From assembly GCA_030704615.1 (NCBI GenBank), contig CM060734.1, positions 47,554,001 through 47,618,000 on the forward strand: DNA of 64,000 nucleotides, read 5' to 3'. The translations under genes were made by a program, and so were the position numbers. Every line of letters starts with the position of its first letter. Positions within the stretch are counted from its first letter, which is position 1. The notes below the pieces were generated by a model, which saw nothing but the letters and a program-made list of their open reading frames with translations, ran no database searches and had not been told where the DNA came from. Below are positions 1-11,440 of this stretch, piece after piece. This stretch comes from Takakia lepidozioides (Eukaryota > Plantae > Bryophyta).

Positions 1-1044
1 ACATTAATACATTCTATGCGTCAGTTTTTTTTTCACAAACTTCATAGAAATTTAGGATTGTGGATTAATACCAACAAACTATGTATAGGAAAAATGACGT
101 AGTGATGTCAAAAAATGGATAATGTAGGCTGCAATCATGGAAGAATCATCAACGCAACGTTGGTGGCAAGCCTTGGAACGTAGATGTTACATGTAGATAG
201 GTGCAACATTATGACTCACCACCTATCTTATGCCTATATGTCATCCTCAAGTGATCAAAAATAGTACCTCCATCAAGGATTTCCTGAAAGTCTCTCCTTG
301 CCATATTTGCCACAAAGGTTTCAACCGTTGGCCGGCATCCACCGTTGGCGCAGCTCAACCACTTTTAGTTTTTCCGCAAGTGCCTGCATCTCTGGGACCC
401 AAAACTGGAACACCAATCAAGATGCATGATCTGTGAACAGCTGAAGTTCCTTATACACCTATTTGACATAGGCTTCATGTGGGATGTCATACAAGCAAAG
501 ATGGTAAGTATGCTTACAAGATACCACCACCATGTGAGTAGAGCAACTTCATGATCAAGCCAGTTAGGAACATTTAAGTTTCAAGTATTTCTGATTGCAA
601 AGTTTGTATGTTTTCTTGTTTACAAAGTGTGGTTCTTGACTTGGGACTTAAGGTCCAATCCTCAGGACTAGTATAGTCTTACGATTGGACCTTCAACCCC
701 TTTCATTGACTATAAGTACTCCCAATGTGGGACTACAAGTATTACTATTAGTCTTCACAGTGGAACGAGTCCTTATTGGGGCGTATTACCGTGGACAAAA
801 CAAAGGGGGCCACCATGCACCGTGTCTGCAATGCCTGCACAAAAAGAGGAATATGAAAATATGGCAGAGTTGAGCTCAGAATGATTGATACACTTTATTT
901 GAATTCACAGATAGACGCTTACAATGAATGGCATGTGCATTTGCCCTGGTTCCGTGAACGAAATGTATGTGTTTGTCATAAATGCAAAGTCTTCACACGG
1001 TAACCTGGAAACCAGCATGGGAAGCGGGCATGGCTCGTATGTGT

Positions 1045-2348
1045 TCAAAGAGAATTTGGCGGAGCCCCACGTGAGCTGTCCCGCTGCAGAAGGGTGATGA
1101 CTTCTCCGTAGCCTAGTGTGGCTTGGTGAATGAATTGGTCTCTCTTACCGTCGCAACACATAATTACAAGGTATATATAATATTGATGCTTGCAGAGGAT
1201 CCACTTCCCTCTCATGCCGAGAGCGCCCTCACGCATCGTTACAAAATCCGGACAAGTGCATTTAGGGAAATTCCCCACGGTAACCTGATATTCTTTGCCA
1301 TGAAGAATTGAGCCAATAGACAGCACTGTGTAAATCCGTCCATACCCCGGGGCAGGGACTTCGGTGATACGAGTCACCCGAGCCTGCAAAATTCTAGCCG
1401 ATTCCATCTTGCATTTGTGATCTGCACCCGATTCGTCATCAGCCGATTAGCGCTGTTTCTCAGCCGAGGACAAGAAATATTCACGCACTTGCAATGCCCA
1501 ACGCAAACCGACCTTCAAAATTTCAATCCAATGTCGTTGTGGATGTTCGATGTTTTTGTCATGCACCAAGGGTGTCCGTCATGTTTCTTGTCCATGCCTT
1601 GCAGAAGCCTAGCCAGTCCACTGGAAGACGTGGGAGGGTTGAGCTCAAACAAGATGTCCCCATCAAACTTTGTTGGCAGGTATTGAACTTGCTGCACACG
1701 AAGGGACTCCCAATCAACAAAACGCAGCTCGCTCTTGCACCCAGGCACCCCTGCGAGGGCTTTCAATTTCGGAATGACACTCGTTATCTCCTGCAATTCG
1801 TCATCATCCAAGATGGGAGTCTACACTAGCGGAGGAATGTCAGAAACATCCTCCGAGGACGAGTCTGAAAGAGTCACGAATGTAGTGGATGTGCTCACCT
1901 CTTGTTTCACATGAACTGTGCCCTTCTGCTGCACGACTGATGCTGCAGTGCCAGGGGTAACTACTGATCCTGCTGATTGTCTTCTCTCTTTTCCAAGGAC
2001 ACAGGATGTGCCTGGAAGGACTCTCCACTTCCTTCCACACTCGCCAACCAATGGTTTCTCCAAGTGCCCAGAATCCAAATTCCCATCCTCGTCATACACC
2101 TCTTTTTGAACAAGCAGAGAACCCAATTCCAGCGGGAACACTGTAACCAGCTCATCCTCATGAACAACTGCAAACCCATTGTCGTCTGTAGTGGTAGTCA
2201 GTGGAAGACTACCTGCATTGGAATGAAATCGAGCGAGTCTATCTTGCTCCCTCGACATGTTTTCCTCCACTGACCAAAAACTGCGATTCACAACGGAATC
2301 CCCGAACTGATAGCCCGTAATTCTCGAAAGGGATCCACCACAAACAAA
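1045..2348 (-). pseudogene. Transposase-like gene remnant: N-terminal region, Cys/His-rich GCM/WRKY-like segment and C-terminal SWIM zinc finger; central catalytic region deleted
   Basis: SWIM motif YQVTVGNFPKCTCPDF...CKHQYYIY (1045-1407). DGHPWCMTKTSNI...RSVCVGHCKCVNISCP at about 1460-1590. Internal stops. Deletion junction at about 1431 relative to copy B. Confidence 0.7.
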
Positions 2349-2624
2349 CTGAGGTCAATAAGGTTAGCACTAACCCAAAGACTGTGGGCGATGCCTGCAA
2401 AGGATGTAGGAATGACATGCACCGAACTTCGCAGACAACCACACTAAGAGACACCAACCAGAAAAACTGTTTAGGGTGACAAGAAGCCACAAGAAGCCGT
2501 GTTGTATTTGGATGAAAAACAAACCCTAAACATGACATGAAACCATCAATTATGGAAAGACGACAACAACCCTAGAGAGCAGTAAACAGGAAGACCCCGA
2601 ATGTAATGAGGTTGTGTTGTGCAC

Positions 2625-5250
2625 CTTGTCATTGTTTTTTTCATTTGGAATCGGCCTCATAGGGTATCTCTTTGAGCTTCAATGCACACTTACCTGGCAG
2701 CTCTAGCAGTGTGCATCAACGCACACTGTTTGAGCCCACCTTGTAATTGTTTTTTTCATTTGGAAATCGGCCTCATAGGGCATCTCTTTGTTGTTCAATG
2801 CACACTTACCTGGCAGCTCCAGCAGTGTGCGTCAACGCACACTATTTGAGCCCACCTTGTCATTGTTTTTTTTCATGTGAAAATCGGCCACATAGGGCAT
2901 CTCTTTGAGCTTCAATGCACACTTACGTGGTAGCTCCAGCAGCGTGCGTCAATGCACACTGTTTGAGCCCACCATGTCATTATATTTTTAATCTGAAAAT
3001 CGGCCACATACGGCATCTCTTTGAGCTTCAATGCACACTTACGTGACAGCTCAAATAGTGTGCGTCAACGCACACTGTTTGAGCCCAACTTGTCATTGTT
3101 TTTTTCATGTGAAAATTTGCCACATAGGGCATGTATTTGAGGTTCAATGCAGACTTACCTGGCAGCTCAAACAGTGTGCGTCAACGCACACTGTTCCAGC
3201 CCACCATGTCATTGTTTTTTTTTATATGAAAATCGGCCACATAGGGCATCTCTTTGAGCCTCAATACACACTTACGTGGCAGCTCAAACAGTGTGCGTCA
3301 ACGCACACTGTTTGACCCCAACATGTCTTTTTTTTTTTCATGTGAAAATCGGCCACATATGTCATGTATTTGAGGTTCAATGCAGACTTACGTGGCAGCT
3401 CAAACAGTGTGCGTCAACGCACACTGTTGCAGCCATCCATGTTTTTTTTTTTTTTTTTTTTTGAAAATCGGCCACATAGGGCATCTCTTTGAGCTTCAAT
3501 GCACACTTACAAGGCAGCTCCAGCAGTGTGCGTCAACGCACGCTGTTTGAGCACACCATGTCATTATTTTTTTAATCTGAAAATCGGCCACATAAGGCAT
3601 CTCTTTGAGCTTCAATGCACACTTACGTGGCAGCTCAAATAGTGTGCGTCAACGCACACTGTTTGAGCCCAACTTGTTATTGTTTTTTTCATGTGAAAAT
3701 CGGCCACATAGGGCATGTATTTGAGGTTCAATGCAGACTTATCTGGCAGCTCAAAGAGTGTGCGTCAATGCACACTGTTCCAGCCCACCATGTCATTGTT
3801 TTTTTTATCTGGAAATAGGCCACATAGGGCATCTTTTGAGCTTCAATACACACTTACGTGGCAGCTCAAACAGTGTGCGTCAACGCACACTGTTTGAGCC
3901 CAACTTGTCATTGTTTTTTTCATGTGAAAATTGGCCACATAGGGCATGTATTTGAGGTTCAATGCAGACTTACCTGGCAGCTCAAACAGTGTGCGTCAAC
4001 GCACACTGTTCCAGCCAACCCTGTTTTTTTTTTTGTTTTTTTGTTTTTTCTGAAAATCGGCCACATAGGGTATCTCTTTGAGCTTTAATGCACACTTACG
4101 TGGCAGCTCCAGCAGTGTGCGTCAACGCACACTGTTCGAGTCCACCATGTCATTATTATTTTAATCTGAAAATCGGCCACATATGGCATCTCTTTGAGCT
4201 TCAATGCACACTTACGTGGCAGCTTAAATAGTGTGCGTCAACGCACACTGTTTGAGCCCAACTTGTCATTGTTTTTTTCATGTGAAAATCGGCCACATAG
4301 GGCATGTATTTGAGGTTCAATGCAGACTTACCTAGCAGCTCAAAGAGTGTGCGTCAATGCACACTGTTCCAGCCCACCATGTCATTGCTTTTTTTATCTG
4401 AAAATAGGCCACATAGGGCATCTCTTTGAGCTTCAATACACACTTACGTGGCAGCTCAAACAGTGTGCGTCAACGCATACTGTTTGAGCCAACTTGTCAT
4501 TGTTTTTTTCACGTGAAAATCGGCCACATAGGGCATGTATTTGAGGTTCAATGCAGACTTACCTGGGAGCTCAAACAGTGTGCGTCAACGCACACTGTTC
4601 CAGCCCACCATGTCATTGTTTTTTTTATCTGAAAATCGCCACATAGGGCATCTCTTTGAGCGTCAATGCACACTTACCTGGCAGCTGGCATTTTAGAATC
4701 GACCACAAAGGTCATCTCTGTCAGGTTCAATTCACACTTACCTGGCAGCCCAAACGGTGTGCGTCAACGCACACGGTTTGAGCCCCCTGATTTGCTTGTT
4801 TATGGATATGGAAATTGTGCACCTACGGCTAGTCTAGCAGGTTCATTCGACTCCAAAATGGAAGCTCAAACAGTGTGCGCCGACGCACACTGTTTGAGTC
4901 CCCTTCACTGCCTTTTCTTTTATTTCAAATTGGCCACTTATGGCCACTATGCCATATTAAAATCACACCTTATTGCAAGCTCAAACAGTGTGCGGCAACG
5001 CACACTGTTTGAGCTTCCTTATGTGATTGATTTTGATGTGAAAATCGGTCTCCTGGGGCCACTTTGGCAGGTTGAATCCAACTTTTATTGGAAGCTCAAA
5101 CAGTGTGCGGCAAATGCACACTGTTTGAGCTTCCTTATGTGATTGCTTTTGATTTGAAAATCGGTCCCTTGGGGCCACTCTGGCAGGTTGAATCCAACCC
5201 TTATTGGAAGCTCAAACAGTGTGCGGCAACGCACACTGTTTTGAGCCCCC
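2625..5250. repeat. Tandem array of ~116-bp units, each with the palindromic core GCTCAAACAGTGTGCGT-CA-ACGCACACTGTTTGAGC (22 cores counted)
   Basis: Core centres at 2717, 2833, 2950, 3066, 3182, 3299, 3415 ... 4586, 4765, 4881, 4996, 5111, 5227. A ~585-bp (5-unit) higher-order repeat is visible. Confidence 0.95.
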
Positions 5251-5309
5251 TTTGTGCTTGTTTTTCTATGTGAAATTGGGCCTAACAGGGCCAGTATGCA
5301 TGCTCAAAA

Positions 5310-5723
5310 CTCCCATGGTATTTGGATTGCCCTTGGCCTCGTGGCTGGCCACCTCATCCTCTCTGGGCTGCTCCACCTCGCCCTCGGCCACCATTGTTCC
5401 CTTGGAACTGGCCTGGGCGCAACTCAGGATGCAAACCATAACACTGGGCCTCTCCATGCCCGTGCTTGCCACAATGCCCACACTGCAACTGTGCAGGCTG
5501 TGCATGTGCCGACCCTTTGCCTCCCTCTGGGCAATCCTTCTTGACATGGGGTCCTCCACATGTCCAGCACACCACATCCGCCCGTTGTTGGCCAGCAAAT
5601 GAAGGGAGAGACCCCTGCATCTGAGGTCCTCTCTGCCCTTCCCTGAGCTTCACCTGAGCCCCCTTGTTGCCTTGAGCACGTTGAGGTAGTGGTTGGCTAG
5701 GAGCACCACTACCCCGTGGTGTC
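5310..5723 (-). mobile_element. Ty3/gypsy gag fragment (two zinc knuckles) embedded in transposon copy A
   Basis: CWTCGGPHVKKDC and CGHCGKHGHGEAQC; closely similar to the gag at about 56490-56905. Confidence 0.85.
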
Positions 5724-7736
5724 AGCTCAGGATGTGTCTTTGAGGAGAGAGAATGAGCGTATAGCAACCACCGCCGCAGCAGCCGACCTCGACATTCATG
5801 ATAGAAATTTGAGGACTCTTGCAGAGAAGGAGCCTCCCGCTTAGGATACCCCGGGTAGAGGTAGAAAGGCAAAGGGAAAAGATGTTGCTGGTGGTGTGGG
5901 GAAAGGAAGGGGTAGGGGGAAGGGGGCACAAGGGCAGGTAGGTGGGCAGAGAAGTGTTGCAGAACCTGGCCCTGTGGTGCATGTCCAGCAGACTCCACCG
6001 CATGGTAGGGGATCCGGGAGAAAGAACAAGGGGGTGGTTGTTCCCAAGGACCCGTACCATGCAGTGGAACATCCCACGAGGGTCATTTGCCCTACCAGGT
6101 TGGAGATGGCCAACATCGGGTTCCTTGCCATGATGGAGTCCAGGAAATCTGATTACAAGGGCAAGCCATCACCAGTGTGGGAGAGGATTGTGGAGTTCCT
6201 CGGCACGGTGCGTGTTGTCTTTTGCTTCTTGTCTGTTGTGGGCATGGATCATTTCAATCCTCTTGAGCATTCCATTGTATTCTTGTTTGCAGGCTAAAAT
6301 GACCAAATCATGGGTGAACGGGAAGGAGAAGCCATATGCAGCCGAACTCATCATCTTGGACATCCCTGCTGGGTTGCCAGTTCCGGATGTCCCTCCATCG
6401 GGTGCTTGTCCGGGTTGGAATGCTTTTGATGAGCGCTACTGGCGGTGGGTTTTCTCCTTTTGCAATTTATATCTATGCGATGCAGGTGTTTTGGTGCTCA
6501 TCCAGTCCATCGACCTTCACTGTCGCCGTGCACTTGCCAGCTATTTGAAAGCCTCCGGTATGAGGGCCGTGAAGACATGGAATTGTGTGAACAACATGTA
6601 CCTGACGAAGGGGGATCGTCCGGGAGAGATGGTAAATTTGCCTTTTTGTTCCTCTTCTTGCTGGTTCTCGGATGGAGTTGTATAGGTCGCTCAAACTCAT
6701 ATGTTGGGGCCTGGTTTTGGAGCTTCTTAGTTCCTCGTGCATGTCCTGTTCGCAGACTCGTTTGTTTGAAACTGTTTGTCTCGTCCGAGTGCATCCACCT
6801 ACGACTCCGGCCATCATTCCAGAGTTCGCCATCACTCATGTGGGCAAGTTCATAGACGAGAGGACAGATCCTCCCACGGATGACATGCACCACAACTACG
6901 TCGATAGCAACGTGTGCTTGCGAAGGGGGAATGGGGTTCCTTGGAGAGGGGCGAGGGAGAAGAGCTCGGCTTTCATTCAAACAATTGTGGAGTGCTGCAC
7001 CTACACAGACGCCAGAGTTCTGGATTTGTCAAAGGGCACAGGTTCGTCTCTTCAACATTCACATTTCATGAGGTTTTTGTTTGAGCTTGCACTTTCATAA
7101 CTTCCCACCGTTCCAAATGTGTCTTCAATGTCTGTTTTCTTCATTCTGTTCCACTGCAGATGCTTTGTACCACGCTTGCAAGGCCAGTGCGCAACATCTC
7201 TTTGGGATTGAAGGGGATGCCAAGATTTACAAGAACCTCCTGATGGGTTTGGGTGGACACACTTCTCAAATCCTTCCGAAGCCCCTTCTCGGTGATATTG
7301 ATACAGGGGAGACTTCCGACAAGGAGCTGGACTCCGACTTTGCCTGTGAGTAAGTTCAACCTATGGATGCTTGTATTGTTGTTTCAGTATCCTGAATCAC
7401 TGTTCTTGAGGCAAAGTGCACATGGGAAACATCCTCTTCGTTGGACTTGTGTATTGCATCATTGTGTTCAAAATGGGTTTTTGTCGATATGTACAGGAGT
7501 CCGCGTGCTTCCACTACCCTCCAGGGCTATCACACCTATTTGGACTTCTTTCAAGTCCTCCTCGGTCTTACGTGCAACCTGTCTATGCGGAGGCACTCGC
7601 AACAAGCATGTCCATTCATGGCACTTGCTATCCGCCCATTGACGGCCGTGGTAGAAGATGTGGTGTTGGGGCCAGAATCTTTGTGGATGACATAGCACAG
7701 GAGGTCGAGAGTGATTCTGATGACTGTGACACTTGA
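5724..7736 (+). pseudogene. 3' half of a spliced beta-class amino (N6A/N4C) DNA methyltransferase-like gene, copy A. Exons about 5724-6207, 6293-6631, 6756-7041, 7160-7349, 7497-7736
   Basis: GT-AG introns that keep the frame join ELIILDIPAG (motif IV-like), WRGAREKSSAFIQTIVECCT (motif X-like) and RVLDLSKGTDALYHACKASAQHLFGIEGDAKIY (motif I, SAM binding). The 5' part is lost, there is an upstream stop, and the last exon has a 1-nt deletion relative to copy B. Confidence 0.75.
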
Positions 7737-8221
7737 TATGAAGTTTTCTTTTGGTTTTATTCGGGGCCAAATTTGAAATGGGATGGCTGTGTGTCCTTGT
7801 TGTCCTGTTTGCAATGTGTGCGTGGGATGCAACTTCATGGGAACAAACTATTATTGGAGATGGGGGTTGCATGGACTGCCCGGATTGTTCCTTCAATCTA
7901 TTTAGAGTTTTGTGGACCTCACAGGCTTGAGTGCATTTCAAAAACAAACAATTGACTTTGGTTCGTGTACAACATTCTCGCATCATTTGCTCGCTTGTCT
8001 CCAAACCATTCCTGCTAGAAGAATGCTTGGTGAATCCATCGAGGTGAAGTCCACGTGATCAAAGATCATTCAGGCATTCTCAAATCTGGTGAGCATCCAT
8101 GATGCTCCCGCACATACTTGGCATGTTCGCAAAGGTGGTGAGTAAGAAAAGATTTCGCAGGGATCCGCTTTAGATGATGTCAGTGTGCACCTCCTCACGA
8201 CGTACCCACATTCCAATGCAG

Positions 8222-8398
8222 AGTTTGGCTTTCCGTCCTTAAGCTCCCGACAGTCTCGAGGCTGAGCCAAAAGCCCAGGCCCTCCTGAGGCCTAGTTTTT
8301 GGGCAAATTACACACAGCAGATTGATGCTTGTGTGAAGGGATTTCTAGAGGATATCTGGAAAACCTGGATTAATTCTTTATATGAAGGAAAGTCTTTG
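8222..8398 (+). mobile_element. Composite LINE-derived filler inside transposon copy A
   Basis: 8222-8251 matches 19554-19583 and 8252-8398 matches about 20143-20289 of the intronic LINE. Absent at the equivalent site of copy B (about 47255-47270). Confidence 0.85.
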
Positions 8399-11224
8399 AT
8401 AACGTCTAGATGGATGCAATGGATACAAAGGATGGATACAATGGATGTAATACATCCAGTCTGCATTCCCGGGAAATGGCTATTCAACCCGCGGTAATAG
8501 GTGACACCCGCGGAAATAGGCCCTGTATGCATGCTGACGTGGCGTGAGCCTGTGCTGGGCTCACGGTTTCCTGGGCTCACAGGCTCACGCCTCCGGGCTC
8601 ACGGAATAGCACCCCCCTATAGCAATGTTCCTGGTAATCCTTGAGTGCCTCCTCTCAGAGCTCATTTGCAACGACTAAGCGAATTGGGAAGATGGTATGA
8701 CATTTCCCTCCAACTGTAAAACACTCATTCTTCGCGCTCGAGTTGTAGGTACGATGGAAGTTCCGCATCCGAGCTATGGCCGGGTGTATATAATAATTAC
8801 ATCCGCATCTATTTTGTAGGACAAGACCTATGACACTATAGTATCAAAATTTTCAGATTGCATGTATGTCATGATTTCGTTGGCATGCTATCGACTAGTC
8901 TTGGAAAAAGAGAGAAATTCGTTCCATGTAAGCATTTGTATCACATAATTTTGAACGTGATGGTCTGTGATCCCAAATGAGACTTTTATATTCACCAAGC
9001 CACTATGAGTTACAACTAGGTGGATACCTTTCTCCATCGGGACAGTAGCACTTAATGTAGGAGAACTTGACAATTGCACAACATACTTATTTGCTGTTGT
9101 CCAGTGTTCTTCCATGCAAATTGAGACAAAGGTGGATACAAATGGACTAATACTTTCAGTGTATGTTTGAAAATCAATGTTCTTCTACTATGCATTCATA
9201 GTTCTTCTACTGTGAAAAGATTGTTGTGGAGACATGTCTTGAGGCACATGCGATCCAGTGCGATATTTGAATATTTGAGCTACAATGGAACAAGTAACAC
9301 TAGACAACCAACTTCAGTGTTGAAACAATACAATATTAACCAAACAGACATATGTCTAATAAAATGGATTCGATGTGGTGCCAAACATAAAACTAGTATA
9401 TACATAGAAATAATATTTGAGAGTAAGTCATATACAAGTGTCATGATCACATTAGTCATAATAGGCATAGTGTGGTCTTCTTCAATTGTTACTGTGTAAG
9501 TTCCATTGAAGAAGACAACAAATTTTTCCCATATAAATTGTACAATTCCCGGGGTTATAGGCCCCTCGGGCATACTAGCTGGTGCCATTTCTGTTGCGAG
9601 TTGTTGTGTAGGCTCATGCCACGTCATGGTGCGTGAGCGTGGGCTCACGTCGCATCGTCATAGTGTGATCCTGGGCTTGCGCGCTCACGGCCCAAGCTCA
9701 CGCCGTAACGTCACGGCCCTATAATCTCGGTACCATGTCCCCGCCAAAGTTAACGAAAATAAGGTGCGTAGGGAAAGAGGGCTATCTGATCACCTGAGCA
9801 GTATGCTTCAAACACAACAAACACTCTTTTTTCAAGCACCCGTACAATTTGGCTATTTGATCATGACTTGCACCAAGTCCTGCTGCCCACGCCGCAATGG
9901 TAGCTGCATTGACTCCCAAATGACTAGGTGCAGGGGAGGATCAACACCATCGATCACTCTCTATTTCTCTATTAGAAGACGACGAAGCTCTGACAGTACA
10001 TCACCGCCAAGAAATGAAGAACCCGACTATTGCCCTTTGTCTCTCTTACTCATATATCTACAAACTCCAATGCAAAATCGCGAATCCGAAGGTGAGAAGC
10101 AAAGAACGATATCAAGAAAAAAACATATGACAAGATACGGTTGTCACGTCACGAGAACTTGCAAAAACCACCAACGGCCACCTGCACCAGTTGTGTACCA
10201 CGCAATGACATGTTACAAAGAACGTACGCGAAACACCAAAGCCAAATCAAGAATACACAGGTCAAATTGAGAAGAAGGTTCACAAAACGCGATAACGCTC
10301 CCCGGGGCTGGCTGGACCTCACTCCCATCTATTCGAGCCCTTACATGAAAACCCTAAGCCAGACCGAAGGCAATCAGACACCCAATCCTAGTGTGCCAAG
10401 TGCCTAGGAACACTGTGTATATTTTTTTACACAATTCCTTTGAGAAACAAAAAAATTGTTCAAAAATTACAAAACCCAATTTTAGCCTAAATGCGCTTGG
10501 TGGGCGTATTAGGGGTTAAACTAACTCATATATTTTGAAATGCAATACTAAAGGATTTCAATATGTAGAGCAGTTACATTCAGGCCCTGATTCTAGAGTG
10601 GTCCAGGAATTACTGTGGCCCAGGAATTAGAGTGGGGCGCCTATGTAGGGAGGCCACATGTATAAAGGAATGAGATGAGGGGGTCCAATAAAAGAAGGGA
10701 GGAATTGGCTAAATTTAGAATAGGGAGTCTTGTAGGGTTGACATGTGTCCAGGGCCTTCTAGAAGGGTCCCACCGCCCTGAGAGGCTATATAAAGGATTC
10801 CCTCTTACTACCTACTAATTACTACCTACTAAATTAGTAAATAGTGGGCTATGCAAAGGCAGGGCTCCCAAAAAAAAACAGCAAACAACAAACTGAATCA
10901 ATTAATTAATAGAGATAAATGAATATGTAGAACAATGGAAGGATTTGATAATATAGATGATACTATGAAATTCGTCCTACCAATCTCTCTGACCATTTTT
11001 TTCAACAAGGATTATACGAGGATCTATGCTGGGATGCCACGAGTAACCTTCAAACTTGTCTGACCAAGTCTCATATATCTCATGACCCTAAATTACTGCT
11101 TGAAAATACATATAATGACTTTTCCAGCAGAACTTCCCATCACTGGATTATCTGGCTCTGCCGGCCTGGCCGCGCAACTCTGGATTATGGCCCTTCACCC
11201 ATGGCATTTTCATACATTTAAATA

Positions 11225-11440
11225 AAAAAAAAAACTCCTGGGAGCGACCAAATCAGGCCCCCTTGATAGTGAGAGGAGAAAATAACCTCTTTCACGGTAA
11301 CCGTGCCATGGAGGCTGAGAAATGGGACACCGCCCAAGGGAAGGGGGAGAAGAGTATACCACACCCGTCAAGTAGCAGGATTTGACCCTAGAATCATCTG
11401 GGTGGCACTTAGTGCACTAGCCAACTGAGCTACTGACTGT
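11225..11440 (-). mobile_element. tRNA-derived SINE-like element or tRNA pseudogene
   Basis: Minus strand reads GTCAGTAGCTCAGTTGGCTAGTGCACT...GGGTCAAATCCTGCTACTTGAC: an A-box, a degenerate B-box and self-complementary ends, followed about 135 bp later by a T-run. Confidence 0.55.

Larger units (their letters stand above)
781..8617. mobile_element. Mutator-like DNA transposon carrying an MTase cargo gene, copy A (left end missing, internal deletions)
   Basis: Colinear homology with 36570-47499. Shares the right terminus ...GGCTCAC(G/A)GAATAGCACCCCCC (ends at 8617 here, 47499 in copy B), after which the flanks differ. Contains SWIM/transposase fragments, the palindrome array and MTase exons. 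Confidence 0.8.

Noticed and set aside
230-480. Possible minus-strand exon remnants near the window start
   Set aside because: Frames are interrupted by stops and no family was recognisable.
2625-5250. CRISPR array (36-bp palindromic repeats with ~80-bp spacers)
   Set aside because: The intervals are near-copies of each other with higher-order periodicity, no cas genes are present, and the context is eukaryotic. Treated as a tandem palindrome array; the same applies to 40068-42412.
3031-5273. Cys/His-rich short ORFs in the arrays (also 40246-42510)
   Set aside because: They are translations of the repeat unit (CASTHTV, CAAPHTV) in several frames and on both strands, with frequent stops.
5724-7736. 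Bacterial contamination as the source of the MTase and ParB sequences
   Set aside because: The domains are split by GT-AG introns and lie inside a TSD-flanked element among plant genes and plant TEs.
9764-10407. 168-aa and 88-aa ORFs
   Set aside because: No recognisable motifs or supported splice structure.
10578-11196. MITE with TIRs AGGCCCTGATTCTAGAGT and ACTCTGGATTATGGCCCT
   Set aside because: Only about 13 of 18 positions match and no TSD was seen; too weak to call.
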